Positions 9,975 through 20,421 of a stretch of 64,000 nucleotides of DNA are shown here, in pieces. This DNA is from Desulfatiglandales bacterium. Its GTDB lineage: Bacteria > Desulfobacterota > DSM-4660 > Desulfatiglandales > Desulfatiglandaceae. The DNA lies in contig OY762721.1 in assembly GCA_963666345.1 (NCBI GenBank), positions 2,848,001 through 2,912,000 of the forward strand, read 5' to 3'. The notes under the pieces were generated by a model. That model saw only the letters and a program-made list of their open reading frames with translations, was not told the origin of the DNA and made no database searches. The position numbers and the translations under genes were made by a program. How positions within the stretch are numbered: the first letter of the stretch is position 1; each line of letters begins with the position of its first letter.

Positions 9975-10232
9975 ATGGCTTTTATTCCCACTGTTGATAA
10001 AGAAAAGTGCAAAGGCTGTGAAGAGTGTGTTGATATATGCAGCCCAGAGGTGTTCGAGATGCGCGGCGGAAAGGCCGAGGCGGTGAATAAGGACAGATGC
10101 GTCGGCTGTGAAAGCTGTGTGGAGGTGTGTGAAAACGACGCCATTACCGTGACCGATACGAGACATAAATTGTCTGACCAGTGTGCCTTCCTGTTCAGGG
10201 AGATCCTTGCAGAGGACGAGATGACCGGGTGA
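9975..10232 (+). CDS. 2x[4Fe-4S] ferredoxin with C-terminal extension
   Basis: CKGCEECVDICS and CVGCESCVEVCE. Confidence 0.88.
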   Translation: MAFIPTVDKEKCKGCEECVDICSPEVFEMRGGKAEAVNKDRCVGCESCVEVCENDAITVTDTRHKLSDQCAFLFREILAEDEMTG

Positions 10233-10294
10233 GGGCAGGTCCTGTCCCGGCAGAGCCCGAACAAAAAGCATGTAAGACGAAGACGGAAAAGGGA

Positions 10295-11455
10295 TTACCT
10301 CCCGTATTCATCAACCAGCCCCTTGAATATATCAAGCACCCTCTGAAGGTCCCTTCTGCTGGTGCCGAAGGTGGATATCTTCATTGATTTGGTAAGTCCA
10401 TGTTTTAGGCCGAAGATGTCGTTTTTTTTAAGCTCATTGTAAAGGAAGGCCCTCTTTTTGGGATGCACCTTTGAGATTTCATAGAATATATCCGTAATGA
10501 ACATCATGAGGTCGTGGTTGTGGGGCTTTTCCCCCATCTGGACGCAGCCCAAATTTTCGAGTTCCGATGAAAACCACCTGGCCTTTTCCACCTCCCCGTC
10601 CCAGTGCCTTACCCTTTCCACGACATCCGGAAAAGATGCCATGAGCGTAATCAGAGGGGTTCCCCTTACGGAACATCCCAGGCACTCAAGTTCCTTTCCC
10701 TTATTGGTGGGAGACTCCTGGCAGACAAGGTCTTCCCACTTCTTGTTGAGGCCCAGAACACCTATTGGACCGGCTGACGCCATGCTCTTGTGTCCGCTGC
10801 AGACAATGAAATCGGCGCCTATTTCGTTCATGTTTACAGGCATCCTGCCTACCGCATACGCGGCGTTCAGAAGAAAGGGAACCTCGTACTCCTGTGCAAT
10901 TTCACCAAGGCGACGGGCATTTGGAAGATTGCCCACATTCCCGTCCGGGTAGGTCAGCAAAAGAAGAGAGGGGCGGTGTTCCTTTATCAGTGGTATGTAA
11001 TCCTCCACGTCGATCAATCTTCTGTCATCATCTGAATTGGGAACCTTTACGATCTCAAGCCCTGCCCGCTGCGCGGCCACATCGGTTGAATAATGTCTGT
11101 TTCTGTCAACGACAATAACATCACCCGGTTTTGTAACGGAATGAATGACCATGAATTTTCCTTCACGGGCCCCATGGGTTATGCGGGTGGTGTCGGCGCC
11201 TATGAAGGCAGGCAGATCATTGAAGACAAATTCAGAGATAGGGGGATTCGATATCTTTTCAAGTGTACCTTTACAGTGATCACACACGGAGTAGCCGTCC
11301 CCGAATTCCTCAAGCGCCCTTCGGGCGGAAGGAGTGAGACGGGAGCCGGTCTGAAGCGGGTTTATGATTATACTTTCCCTGTGCTTTCTGGTGAGGTTTC
11401 CATATTTGTTCCTGAGTTTTTCCACATCGAGTGTTTTTTCAACTGCGTCTGCCAT
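10295..11455 (-). CDS. pscS: Sep-tRNA:Cys-tRNA synthase (SepCysS)
   Basis: INPLQTG, GDGYSVCDHC, GAREGK, HYS, PDGNVGN, SGHKSMA (PLP lysine), LGCSVRG, PHNHDL. Confidence 0.93.
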   Translation of the reverse strand: MADAVEKTLDVEKLRNKYGNLTRKHRESIIINPLQTGSRLTPSARRALEEFGDGYSVCDHCKGTLEKISNPPISEFVFNDLPAFIGADTTRITHGAREGKFMVIHSVTKPGDVIVVDRNRHYSTDVAAQRAGLEIVKVPNSDDDRRLIDVEDYIPLIKEHRPSLLLLTYPDGNVGNLPNARRLGEIAQEYEVPFLLNAAYAVGRMPVNMNEIGADFIVCSGHKSMASAGPIGVLGLNKKWEDLVCQESPTNKGKELECLGCSVRGTPLITLMASFPDVVERVRHWDGEVEKARWFSSELENLGCVQMGEKPHNHDLMMFITDIFYEISKVHPKKRAFLYNELKKNDIFGLKHGLTKSMKISTFGTSRRDLQRVLDIFKGLVDEYGR

Positions 11456-11475
11456 CTCTGCGTCCCTTCTAATAC

Positions 11476-12996
11476 CTATTTCCTCTCGTATGTCACGCTC
11501 AGAAATATAGGTCCTTTTACCATGGTTTTCTTGTGTTCTCCCGTCATGTGCTCCTTTATCTTCCTGGGCAACTGCAGGTTTATGTCGCCCAAGGTCTTTG
11601 CCATCCTCGTCCGGAACAGCTCGCTTTTTTGGCCTTTTTCAAATGCCTCTTCAATCTTTGCCGCCATTCCGTGTGAGATTCCCTGAATATAGCTGAAAAG
11701 CGCGTTGTTCTCCCCGCCTTCAAGTTGACTGAGGATGTTTCCGTCTTCAATATAGACCTCATTGAATGTGGCCGGGCCAACCAGCCTTTTGTTTTCCTCT
11801 TTTTCAATTACCTTGATAACCATCTCATCATCCTCGTAAGCGATGAATTCGCATGGTGAAGCCGCGTCTCTGTTCTTGCGGACCGAAGCCTCAATCGCCC
11901 CGGCTATATTTTTCCCTCTTTCAGTGGTGGGAAAATCGATATATATGAGCGATTCTTCGGCAGATTCATCAGAGTAGTTGAGTGCCCCGAATTGAGGGAA
12001 GACAAGTTCTCTTATGTCGGAGTAACCTTTTGTGACCATCGTAAGCCTTTCGATTCCGAACCCCGCATTGAATACGGGATATTTGATTCCGAAGTTGGCC
12101 AGGGAAATGGGAGAATACATGCCTATGTCTCCAATTTCGAGCCATTCGCCTTTCCACTCGGCAAAGACCTCTTCCTCAAGGTCCTTGGCGTAATACTTGG
12201 ATGTGGCCTTTTTCCGCTCGAACCTGGCATCGCTGAATCCGAGTTCAAGAAGGAACCGGCGGGTTATCTTTTTCCCAGCCTCAAGTGACATGTTAGGGTC
12301 CATCACTACCATTGAGGCCGAATTATGAACCCTGAGATGTCCTTTGTCCTCCCGCTGTTCGTTCCTGTACCTGAGACCTGCGGAGAAAAGGGCGATGGGA
12401 TAGTTGGACGTGTCCTGCAGGGCCGCCAGCGTATGGTACCATGTGCCTGTCATATGTGTCCTCAGGGTCATGTTTGTCGGCTGCGGGGTCAACTGCTTGA
12501 ATTCGGGAAAACAGCTTGAGAGAATCTGGGTGGCCTGTTCCATCTCGATGTCTAACTGTTTGACGAGCTCCTCAATGAAATCGTCTCCCTCTATCTCACC
12601 CTTTTTATATGATCTCAGGATATCTTGCAGTATTTCAGAATCAAATTCGCCTATGATGGATTCAATCTGATGTATTTTATCATAGCTTAGTCCAATATCG
12701 GGTCTGGGCAGCTTTGCCAGATAAAATGCCCTGTCCAGGATGACGGGGGATTCCGGACCGTACTGTTTGTATACATCCTCATCAGATATTATGGTCCTGT
12801 TCTCCATTTCTGAAAAGCCCATTTTGGAGAGGATTTCTCTGCACTCCTGAACGCATTCCCTTAACGGGTGCAAGGTTCCCTTCTGCTTTATGTTGACAGA
12901 GGTGTTGCGTGGGATAAGATCTGCTGTCTCAATCCAAGCCTTCTCAAAGTTTCCCTTTGATTTTTTTATTATCGTCTTAATAGGTAGTTCAGCCAC
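11476..12996 (-). CDS. sepS: O-phosphoserine-tRNA(Cys) ligase (SepRS)
   Basis: DVYKQYGPESPVILDRAFYLA.LPRPDIG, YKKGEIEGDD, TLRTHMT..W, RNEQRED, SKYY, GMYSPISL..FGI.YPVFNAGFGIERL. Confidence 0.93.
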   Translation of the reverse strand: MAELPIKTIIKKSKGNFEKAWIETADLIPRNTSVNIKQKGTLHPLRECVQECREILSKMGFSEMENRTIISDEDVYKQYGPESPVILDRAFYLAKLPRPDIGLSYDKIHQIESIIGEFDSEILQDILRSYKKGEIEGDDFIEELVKQLDIEMEQATQILSSCFPEFKQLTPQPTNMTLRTHMTGTWYHTLAALQDTSNYPIALFSAGLRYRNEQREDKGHLRVHNSASMVVMDPNMSLEAGKKITRRFLLELGFSDARFERKKATSKYYAKDLEEEVFAEWKGEWLEIGDIGMYSPISLANFGIKYPVFNAGFGIERLTMVTKGYSDIRELVFPQFGALNYSDESAEESLIYIDFPTTERGKNIAGAIEASVRKNRDAASPCEFIAYEDDEMVIKVIEKEENKRLVGPATFNEVYIEDGNILSQLEGGENNALFSYIQGISHGMAAKIEEAFEKGQKSELFRTRMAKTLGDINLQLPRKIKEHMTGEHKKTMVKGPIFLSVTYERK

Positions 12997-13469
12997 TTTA
13001 TGTTACCTTTCCGTTAATTGATGAATGTAACCGGATTCTGTTTTGAAAACCTCATATGAATATTCTTTTAATGTGTTTGTCTTATGTAAAAATCAGTATG
13101 CATAAAAAGCTGGTATTCAACATCATCGGAAAAATTTCATCAGGATATTTTCATTACATTGAAAAATTGTCAACAGCCCCGGATAGTTTTTTAAAAAAAG
13201 TGATGATCTTTTTCGTCTCGATAGATCTAGAAAATAAGGTGAAATAATGTGCCGTGTCAAGGAATATAGGATAACCCTGATCCTTCATTAATTTATCGTC
13301 TTTTCATATTATGGCATGTCTCAGAGATTTTATCGCAACAGGGCAAAAAACCTCATCGGTTCTGAAAAAAGGCCTGAATGATGAAACGGATCTTACGTCA
13401 ATTGAATGTGTTAACCGGCCGGTAAGGATATCGTAATCGGCTTTACCGGTGAAACGGATATCCCGGAAA

Positions 13470-14759
13470 TCAAATCATTTCCCTCTGCTGGCCTGTCGAC
13501 TCGATTACACTGTTCCACAATCTTCCTCTCGGATCTATCTTTTTCCTCTTTGATACTGCCAGCGGGATGGGGACATGGGTATAGTGACCGCTCCAATATC
13601 CCACCACCATGTTGGTTCTTCCGGCCATGCCCGCGTGTACCGCATTGTGCCCCAGTAATAGACAGAACACGGAGTCATGCGGGTTGGCGGGCATGCTTCT
13701 GATGGTGTAGCTGGGATCGATATACTTAAGATCCACCTTTATATCCAGACTCCGGAAATATGCCTTGATTTTGTCCCTGAGAAATATCCCTATATCCTGA
13801 AGCCTGATATTTCCGGAAGGGTCGTGACCTGAATCCTTTCCGACCATGTCCTGCCCCGCGCCTTCCGCAACAACAATCACCGCGTGCTTTCTGAGGAACA
13901 GCCGCTCTCTCAGTTGTTCAAACAGGATATCCAGGCTGAAGGGGACCTCGGGGATGAGACAGAAATTTACCTCACTGTTTGCAAGTGTGGCATTTGCGGC
14001 GATAAAACCCGATTCCCTGCCCATGAGTTTGACCAGGCCGATTCCGTTTCTGGCTGCAACCGCCTCGGCATGGGCACAGTAGATTGATGTCTTGGCCTCT
14101 GCTACTGCCGTTTCAAAGCCGAAGGACTTGTTCAGAAAAGATATGTCATTGTCAATGGTTTTTGGAATTCCTATCACGGAGATTTTCAGATTTCTTTCCC
14201 TGATCTCATCGGATATCGCCTGTGCCCCTCTCAGGGTGCCGTCCCCTCCGATGGCGAAAAGGATGCCGATATTCATCCTTTCAAGCGTATCCACCATCTC
14301 CGGGATATCCTGGGGGCCCCTTGAAGTCCCAAGTATGGTTCCTCCCTGCTGGTGAATATCCAAAACCTCGGAGGGTGTAAGTTCCAGGGGTTCGTGGCTG
14401 TACTTCGGAGACAGCCCCTCATAGCCGTAGCGGAAACCGAACACTGTCTTTACCCTATAATGGTACAAGAGACTGAGGACTATCGATCTGATCACGTCGT
14501 TTAGTCCCGGGCAAAGCCCTCCGCAGGTTACTATCCCGCATTTGAGCTTTGAGGCGTCAAAATAGATATGGCGCCTGGGGCCTGCCATTTCAAAAGAGGG
14601 GAGCGGCTTCCCATTACCGATGATTCGCTTCAAATCTTTTAGATTCGAGTAGTATAATACACGCTCATCTTCGTCTACAAACTGGGCTCCCTGCATGGGC
14701 GAGTCTATACGGCATGGTCCGAGTGTCTGTATCTCAAAATCCAGGCTCTCTGTTTTCAT
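13470..14759 (-). CDS. pfkA: ATP-dependent 6-phosphofructokinase
   Basis: TCGGLCPGLN, GGTILGTSRG, GGDGT, PKTIDND, MGR; start set at MKTESL after GGGGG RBS. Confidence 0.92.
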   Translation of the reverse strand: MKTESLDFEIQTLGPCRIDSPMQGAQFVDEDERVLYYSNLKDLKRIIGNGKPLPSFEMAGPRRHIYFDASKLKCGIVTCGGLCPGLNDVIRSIVLSLLYHYRVKTVFGFRYGYEGLSPKYSHEPLELTPSEVLDIHQQGGTILGTSRGPQDIPEMVDTLERMNIGILFAIGGDGTLRGAQAISDEIRERNLKISVIGIPKTIDNDISFLNKSFGFETAVAEAKTSIYCAHAEAVAARNGIGLVKLMGRESGFIAANATLANSEVNFCLIPEVPFSLDILFEQLRERLFLRKHAVIVVAEGAGQDMVGKDSGHDPSGNIRLQDIGIFLRDKIKAYFRSLDIKVDLKYIDPSYTIRSMPANPHDSVFCLLLGHNAVHAGMAGRTNMVVGYWSGHYTHVPIPLAVSKRKKIDPRGRLWNSVIESTGQQREMI

Positions 14760-15040
14760 GAAAAGGCCCCCTAGATCCGGTTTAGTTTTTTGAAAGGTAA
14801 TGTCTTCGATTCTTTCTGTCTGGAAAATGCGTCTCAAGCCGGTTAAATCAAAATTGAACTCATATTTGACGCGAAATTTACATCCCTGTTATCTGATATC
14901 GCCTATTGGAGAAGAATAGGCAAAGGTGCCTCCGGTGTCAAGAATCCGGTATCGCCCGGTTTTGACTTTTTCCCTGTCAATAAGTTATCCTTACGGATAG
15001 CTGTGAATCTAATCTTTTAAGAGAGGTTCGAAATCAGAAT

Positions 15041-16456
15041 ATGAGATATCTGGACATAAAGACAAAGATTATATGCACGATAGGTCCTTCCTGTGAAACC
15101 CCCGAAGCCATAAGAGAACTTATAGTCAACGGCATGAGTATGGCAAGGCTCAATTTTTCTCACGGGAAAAGAGAGGAGCATGCCAGCAAGATTTCCATAA
15201 TCAGGGATAGCGCAAAAAGGCTTGGAAGGCCTGTGGCGATACTCCAGGATCTGGCAGGGCCGAAGATAAGGGTGGGAACGATACCCAAGCCCGGGATAAA
15301 GCTTGATCCCGGAAAAGAACTTGTACTCACCACCGAAGATATCATAGGGGATAAAGACAGGGTGCATGTAAATTATAAGCCGCTTCCTGAAGAAGTGAGT
15401 CAGGGGGACAGGGTGCTACTTGCAGACGGCCTCATGGAACTCAGGGTAAGGGATGTAAAGGCCGGTGAGATCTATTGTGAGGTGATTACGGGCGGTGTGC
15501 TTACGTCCCACAAGGGGTTGAATCTTCCTTCCGGCACCATAAAGGCGCCTTCCATGACGGAAAAGGATAAGGTGGATCTTCTTTTCGGCCTGGCTCACGA
15601 CGTAGATTATGTGGGTGTTTCATTCGTTCGACAGGCGGATGATATTATACGGGTTCGCCGAATAATAAAAGAGGGGGGGAAAGATATCCCTATTATCGCG
15701 AAGATTGAAAAACATGAGGCGATAAAGAACCTTGATGATTTAATGGAGGCGGCCGACGGAATAATGGTCGCAAGGGGGGATCTTGGCGTGGAGATCCCGC
15801 TTGAGGAAGTCCCTCTTCTTCAAAAGACTCTGATCAGAAAGGCCAACTATATGGGAAAACCGGTAATTACGGCTACCCAGATGTTGAGGTCGATGGTCGA
15901 TTCGCCCAGACCGACCAGGGCGGAGGCCAATGATGTGGCCAACGCCGTTTTGGACGGAACTGACGCGGTGATGCTTTCGGAGGAAACCGCCATCGGCAGG
16001 TATCCGGTAGAGGCTGTCGGATTTATGGCCAAAATAATAAGAAACGCTGAAAAAGGATTCCCCCACCGGAAGTATCTTGAGATGACACCGAGAAAAGATG
16101 TGGCCGAATCGGTGGCTCACGCTGCCTGTATGCTTGCGGATCATCTTGATGCCGAGGCGATCGTTCCCACGACCGAGTCTGGAACAACCGCCATACATGT
16201 GTCGAGATTCAGGCCGAAAAGTACCGTTCTGGCCCTTTCGCCCAATGAGGAAATAGTCAGGCGCCTGTGCCTTTTCTGGGGATGCATCCCCATGCTGCTT
16301 CAGGACACCAAGGATACCGATGATATGATAGAAAAGGTCTCAAGCGCTGCAATCGCATCAGAGCTGGTCTCTAAAGGTGATACCGTTGTTATAACCGCAG
16401 GTCATCCGATATGGGTCGCCGGCACTACCAATATGGTACGCGTGAAACGCCTATAG
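15041..16456 (+). CDS. pyk: Pyruvate kinase
   Basis: TKIICTIGP, RLNFSHG, AKIE, MVARGDLG, TRAEANDV, MLSEETA. Confidence 0.97.
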   Translation: MRYLDIKTKIICTIGPSCETPEAIRELIVNGMSMARLNFSHGKREEHASKISIIRDSAKRLGRPVAILQDLAGPKIRVGTIPKPGIKLDPGKELVLTTEDIIGDKDRVHVNYKPLPEEVSQGDRVLLADGLMELRVRDVKAGEIYCEVITGGVLTSHKGLNLPSGTIKAPSMTEKDKVDLLFGLAHDVDYVGVSFVRQADDIIRVRRIIKEGGKDIPIIAKIEKHEAIKNLDDLMEAADGIMVARGDLGVEIPLEEVPLLQKTLIRKANYMGKPVITATQMLRSMVDSPRPTRAEANDVANAVLDGTDAVMLSEETAIGRYPVEAVGFMAKIIRNAEKGFPHRKYLEMTPRKDVAESVAHAACMLADHLDAEAIVPTTESGTTAIHVSRFRPKSTVLALSPNEEIVRRLCLFWGCIPMLLQDTKDTDDMIEKVSSAAIASELVSKGDTVVITAGHPIWVAGTTNMVRVKRL

Positions 16457-16457
16457 T

Positions 16458-16590
16458 TAGTGATCGTCCATGAATCAAGATTTATGGACTCACGCTATCA
16501 GCTGTCAGCTGTCAGCAAAACATTCGGAATATCAATTTATTTGCTGCTTGCTGAAAGCAGTATCCGGGTGTGAGCACTGGATTGGCACTA
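16458..16590. repeat. Family B miniature repeat element with TCAGCTG/TCAGCTA heptamers, between convergent pyk and argF
   Basis: Ends TAGTGATCGTCCA...TGGATTGGCACTA; reverse complement aligns with 58331-58488. Confidence 0.7.
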
Positions 16591-16625
16591 GTTATATGTA
16601 AAGCATCCAGGATGCAGAGGACCTA

Positions 16626-17603
16626 TTAAACCCTGCCCAGAGTGGAAATCATGACCGCCTTTATTGTGTGTACCCTGTTTTCCGCCTGCTCAAATACAAG
16701 GGAATTCTTCCCCTCGAACACCTCCTCGGCTGTTTCACATATATCAGGAAACTGCCTTGCCATGGACGTATCCCGATTGTGAAAACTCGGCAGGCAGTGA
16801 AGGAATATACAATCCGGATTTCCGGTATTATCAAGGGTTTCCCGGGTCACTCGAAACGGCTTTAGCAGTGCGATCCTTTCGGCGATTTTATCCTCCTCAC
16901 CCATCGAGGCCCATACGTCGGTATAGATGACATCGGCATCTTTTATCCCCTGATTTATCTGAGAGGTTATGAGGATTTTACCACCGCTTTTTTCTGCAAA
17001 CCGATCGGCGCTTTCTATTATATCACTTTCAGGTTGAAGCTCTTTCGCTGAGACCAGCCTGAAGTCCATTCCCATCTTTGCGGCACCGATAAGAAGAGAG
17101 TTTGCCATGTTGCTCCTGCCGTCTCCCATGTAGGCCAGTCTGATACCTTTTATGCGGCCTTTCGCCTCAAGGATTGTCATAAGATCGGCAAGCGCCTGCG
17201 TGGGGTGGAACCTGTCGGTAAGCCCGTTCCATACGGGCACTCCGGCAAACGCAGCCAGTTCTTCAACCGTGGAATGCTGGTAGCCCCTGAATTCAATGCC
17301 GTCAAACATCCTGCCGAGGACCCTTGCAGTGTCTTTGACCGATTCCTTTTTGCCCAGCTGGATGTCTCCTTTTCCAAGGTACTCGGCATGAGCGCCTTCA
17401 TCGTTGCTTGCTATGATAAAGGCACATCTGGTTCTGGTGGACGGTTTTTCAAAGATAAGGGAGATATTCAAGCCCTGCAGCCTGTTTTTCCTTATGCCCG
17501 CCTTTTTTTCCTTTTTAAGAGAAATGGAAAGATCAAGCAGAAATCTTATCTCCTCCTGGCTGTAATCAATAAGGGTCAATAAATTCTTGTTTTTTAAGTC
17601 CAT
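16626..17603 (-). CDS. argF: Ornithine carbamoyltransferase
   Basis: FEKPSTRTR, HPTQ, DVWASMG, HCLP, AENR. Confidence 0.95.
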   Translation of the reverse strand: MDLKNKNLLTLIDYSQEEIRFLLDLSISLKKEKKAGIRKNRLQGLNISLIFEKPSTRTRCAFIIASNDEGAHAEYLGKGDIQLGKKESVKDTARVLGRMFDGIEFRGYQHSTVEELAAFAGVPVWNGLTDRFHPTQALADLMTILEAKGRIKGIRLAYMGDGRSNMANSLLIGAAKMGMDFRLVSAKELQPESDIIESADRFAEKSGGKILITSQINQGIKDADVIYTDVWASMGEEDKIAERIALLKPFRVTRETLDNTGNPDCIFLHCLPSFHNRDTSMARQFPDICETAEEVFEGKNSLVFEQAENRVHTIKAVMISTLGRV

Positions 17604-17663
17604 GTTGTTTTGTCTCCTTGAGCAAAGGGAACCGGGGCTTGGACATTTTTCCGGAAAAGGGGC

Positions 17664-18893
17664 TTACTCCTCCGTGTCCATTTCGATCCGGCCCTGAGCC
17701 TCTTCAGGAAATTGTTTCAAAGGGATATGCCTGGCCTTTCTCAATTCCTCAATCTTGTTTAACGGCCTGTCCAGCTGCCGCCTTCTTGTGGAAGTCAGAA
17801 TTTCATATTCCTTGAGTGAGTCCCTTATCCTGTTGCCAAGGACCTCCATCTTTTTTGTAAATGTCTCCCACTGTTTTCGGAATGCCCCCAACAGGGAAAG
17901 TATCTCGTTTGATGTCTGTTCAAGCGCAAAATTTTCAACTGCCTGCCGTATCACCGCAAGAATGGCAAAAAGCGTGAAAGGAGAGCAGATTATTACCCTC
18001 ATTTTCATCCCTAAATCGATAATGGAACTGTCCTGTTCGTTTATAAAAGTATATACCTGTTCATTGGGTATGAAAAGCAATACATAGTCGAGCGTATTCT
18101 GCTCGGGATTTATGTATTCCCGCGTTGTGACCTCCTTTATCCTCGCTTTTACGTCCTTGAAGAAGTTGTTGAGAAGCGTCATTTTTTGATGGGGTGAAGT
18201 TTCGTCCAGATATTTCAAGTAGTTGTCAAGAGGAAACTTCACGTCCATATTCAGTTTATGGTCTTTCGGAAGAAAAAAGGTGAAATCGGGTCTCGTGCCT
18301 ATCCCCTCGATGGTCCTCTGTTTCTGATAGTTTATATTTTCAATGAATCCGCAGATCCTTAATACGTCCTCCGCCATCCTCTCTCCCCACTGCCCACGGT
18401 ACTTGCTGCTGGCGAAGGCCTCCCGGAGGGCGTTTGTGGTTTTCATGAGCGATGTGGTCTGTTCATTCGTATTTTTCAACTGGTTTGAAAGTTCCCCGAA
18501 TTTATTGACCCTGTCCCTTTCAAGCTCCTTGACCAGTAGTGAGATATTCTCGAATTCCGATGCCATGCGTTTGAGTTGTTCATCTATGAGCCCCTTTTTT
18601 GCCTCCATATCCTTGGTGCTGATTTCTCTTTCAGATTCAAATTTCTCCTTGGCAAGCTTCAGGAATTCCTCCGTGGATTTGGAAAGGGCATCAAGGGACA
18701 AATTGCCGAATATATCCTTTATATTGGAGGTGATCGCCTCCAGGTTTTCCCTGCGCTGTGATTCGGTTTCATTCAGCATTTCCCTGGCGATTTGGTAGGA
18801 GGCCTTTGAATGAAAAAGCCTGAATATGAAAGCAACGCCTATGCCGATCAAAAAACCGGCCAGAAAAGGGAAAAAGGTATTAACCCAACCCAT
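17664..18893 (-). CDS. rmuC: DNA recombination protein RmuC
   Basis: N-terminal TM and coiled coil, RGQWGE, RPD, DVKFP, FIPNE. Confidence 0.92.
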   Translation of the reverse strand: MGWVNTFFPFLAGFLIGIGVAFIFRLFHSKASYQIAREMLNETESQRRENLEAITSNIKDIFGNLSLDALSKSTEEFLKLAKEKFESEREISTKDMEAKKGLIDEQLKRMASEFENISLLVKELERDRVNKFGELSNQLKNTNEQTTSLMKTTNALREAFASSKYRGQWGERMAEDVLRICGFIENINYQKQRTIEGIGTRPDFTFFLPKDHKLNMDVKFPLDNYLKYLDETSPHQKMTLLNNFFKDVKARIKEVTTREYINPEQNTLDYVLLFIPNEQVYTFINEQDSSIIDLGMKMRVIICSPFTLFAILAVIRQAVENFALEQTSNEILSLLGAFRKQWETFTKKMEVLGNRIRDSLKEYEILTSTRRRQLDRPLNKIEELRKARHIPLKQFPEEAQGRIEMDTEE

Positions 18894-19263
18894 AAAACTC
18901 TCCGATTTGTTTCATCATAGAAGACCTGGTTTACTTAGCCGGCCGACGGCCGAGCGCCGGCAGCGTAAATACGGAAAAAGGCCATTGCCGGATGAGCCTC
19001 AATCCGGTCCCGAGTGCAGTAAATTTATTAGAGCAGTGCTGCCTTGTCAACGTAAATGGGATCAAAGGTGACTTGACCTGCAATTTCAAATGCCTTAATC
19101 ATAACGTTAAGCCATACGATGTGAACATGCGCTGTTAACGATTCAACCTGTAAGGGGAAATGCGTTCTTCCCTTTCTGTTCCGTCTTTTACCATACAAGA
19201 CATAAACTGTCCGATTGTTTCAAGTGCGGGCCCTTTTCCTGGATTTTTATCAAGGGGGTGATT

Positions 19264-20406
19264 ATGCGTCCACTGGATGGCATCAAGGTTGTTGAGATGG
19301 CGGGTCTTGCCCCATCTCCATACTGCGGAATGATCCTGGGTGATTTTGGCGCCGATGTGATTGTCGTTGACAGGCTTTCGGGTGCGGCTCCCGAGGTCCC
19401 CAACGTTATGAAAAAAAATCCTTTTGACCGGGGGAAAAGATCGATGCGGATCGACCTCAAAAAGGGCCCGGGAGTAAAGATCTTGAAAAGGATCGTCCGT
19501 GATTCAGATGTCCTGCTTGAGGGATACAGACCGGGCGTGATGGAGGCCATCGGTCTGGGGCCGAAAGAGGCGCATGAGACAAATCCGGGCCTTGTCTATG
19601 CCAGACTGACAGGCTGGGGACAGTCCGGACCCTATTCAGGCATGGCGGGTCATGACATAAACTACATTGCCGTGTCCGGGGCCTTGTCCCTTTTCAGGAG
19701 AAAAGGTGAAAGGCCTCTGCCGCCATGCAATCTCCTGGGTGATTTTGCCGGGGGCGGATTGCTATGCAGCCTCGGAATAGTGTTGGCGATCCTTGAAAAA
19801 AACAGGTCAGGCAAGGGACAGGTAATCGATTCAGCCATGGTGGAGGGGGCTGCGAATCTCTCCACTTTTTTTTACGGCCTTACGGCAAACGGGCTTATGT
19901 CTCTCGATATAGGAACGAACATGCTGGACAGCGGCGCCCCGTATTACCAGGTATACGAAACTGCGGACGGAAAATATATGTCAGTGGGAGCAATAGAGAC
20001 CAGGTTTTACGAAAACCTGCTTCAAGGCCTGGGATTGGAATCAACCTGCCTGCCGGAAAAGAACGACAAGAAAAAATGGCCGGAGGTCAAAGAGCTTTTC
20101 TCACGTGTATTCAAGACAAAAACTAGGCGGCAATGGGAAGGCATCTTTATCGGAAAGGATGCATGCGTAGCTCCGGTTCTGGAGTTAAGCGAGGTGAATG
20201 ATGACAAGCACAACCGCGAGAGAAACACCTTCGTAGATGTTGATGGATCTGTGCAGCCGTCGCCTGCGCCGAGGCTTTCAAGGACTCCCGCCGTGGCTTC
20301 AGACACCAATTTGCCCAGAGGCGCTCATACCGAAGAGATCCTCCTGGAGCTGGGGTACAAGGATGAGGAGCTGAAGGAGTTGTTTGAAACCGGGATCGTT
20401 GAATAA
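19264..20406 (+). CDS. CaiB/BaiF family III CoA-transferase / alpha-methylacyl-CoA racemase-like
   Basis: PLDGIKVVEMAG, DRGKRS, EGYRPGVME, GHDINY, GDFAGGG. Confidence 0.92.
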   Translation: MRPLDGIKVVEMAGLAPSPYCGMILGDFGADVIVVDRLSGAAPEVPNVMKKNPFDRGKRSMRIDLKKGPGVKILKRIVRDSDVLLEGYRPGVMEAIGLGPKEAHETNPGLVYARLTGWGQSGPYSGMAGHDINYIAVSGALSLFRRKGERPLPPCNLLGDFAGGGLLCSLGIVLAILEKNRSGKGQVIDSAMVEGAANLSTFFYGLTANGLMSLDIGTNMLDSGAPYYQVYETADGKYMSVGAIETRFYENLLQGLGLESTCLPEKNDKKKWPEVKELFSRVFKTKTRRQWEGIFIGKDACVAPVLELSEVNDDKHNRERNTFVDVDGSVQPSPAPRLSRTPAVASDTNLPRGAHTEEILLELGYKDEELKELFETGIVE

Positions 20407-20421
20407 GGTGCCGGCCCTCTT

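Noticed and set aside
10230..10260. Selenocysteine readthrough of the ferredoxin TGA
   Set aside because: No convincing SECIS and no motif requiring Cys/Sec at that position
11476..12996. PheRS alpha subunit
   Set aside because: Length, SepRS-specific motifs and the adjacent SepCysS; no PheRS beta gene
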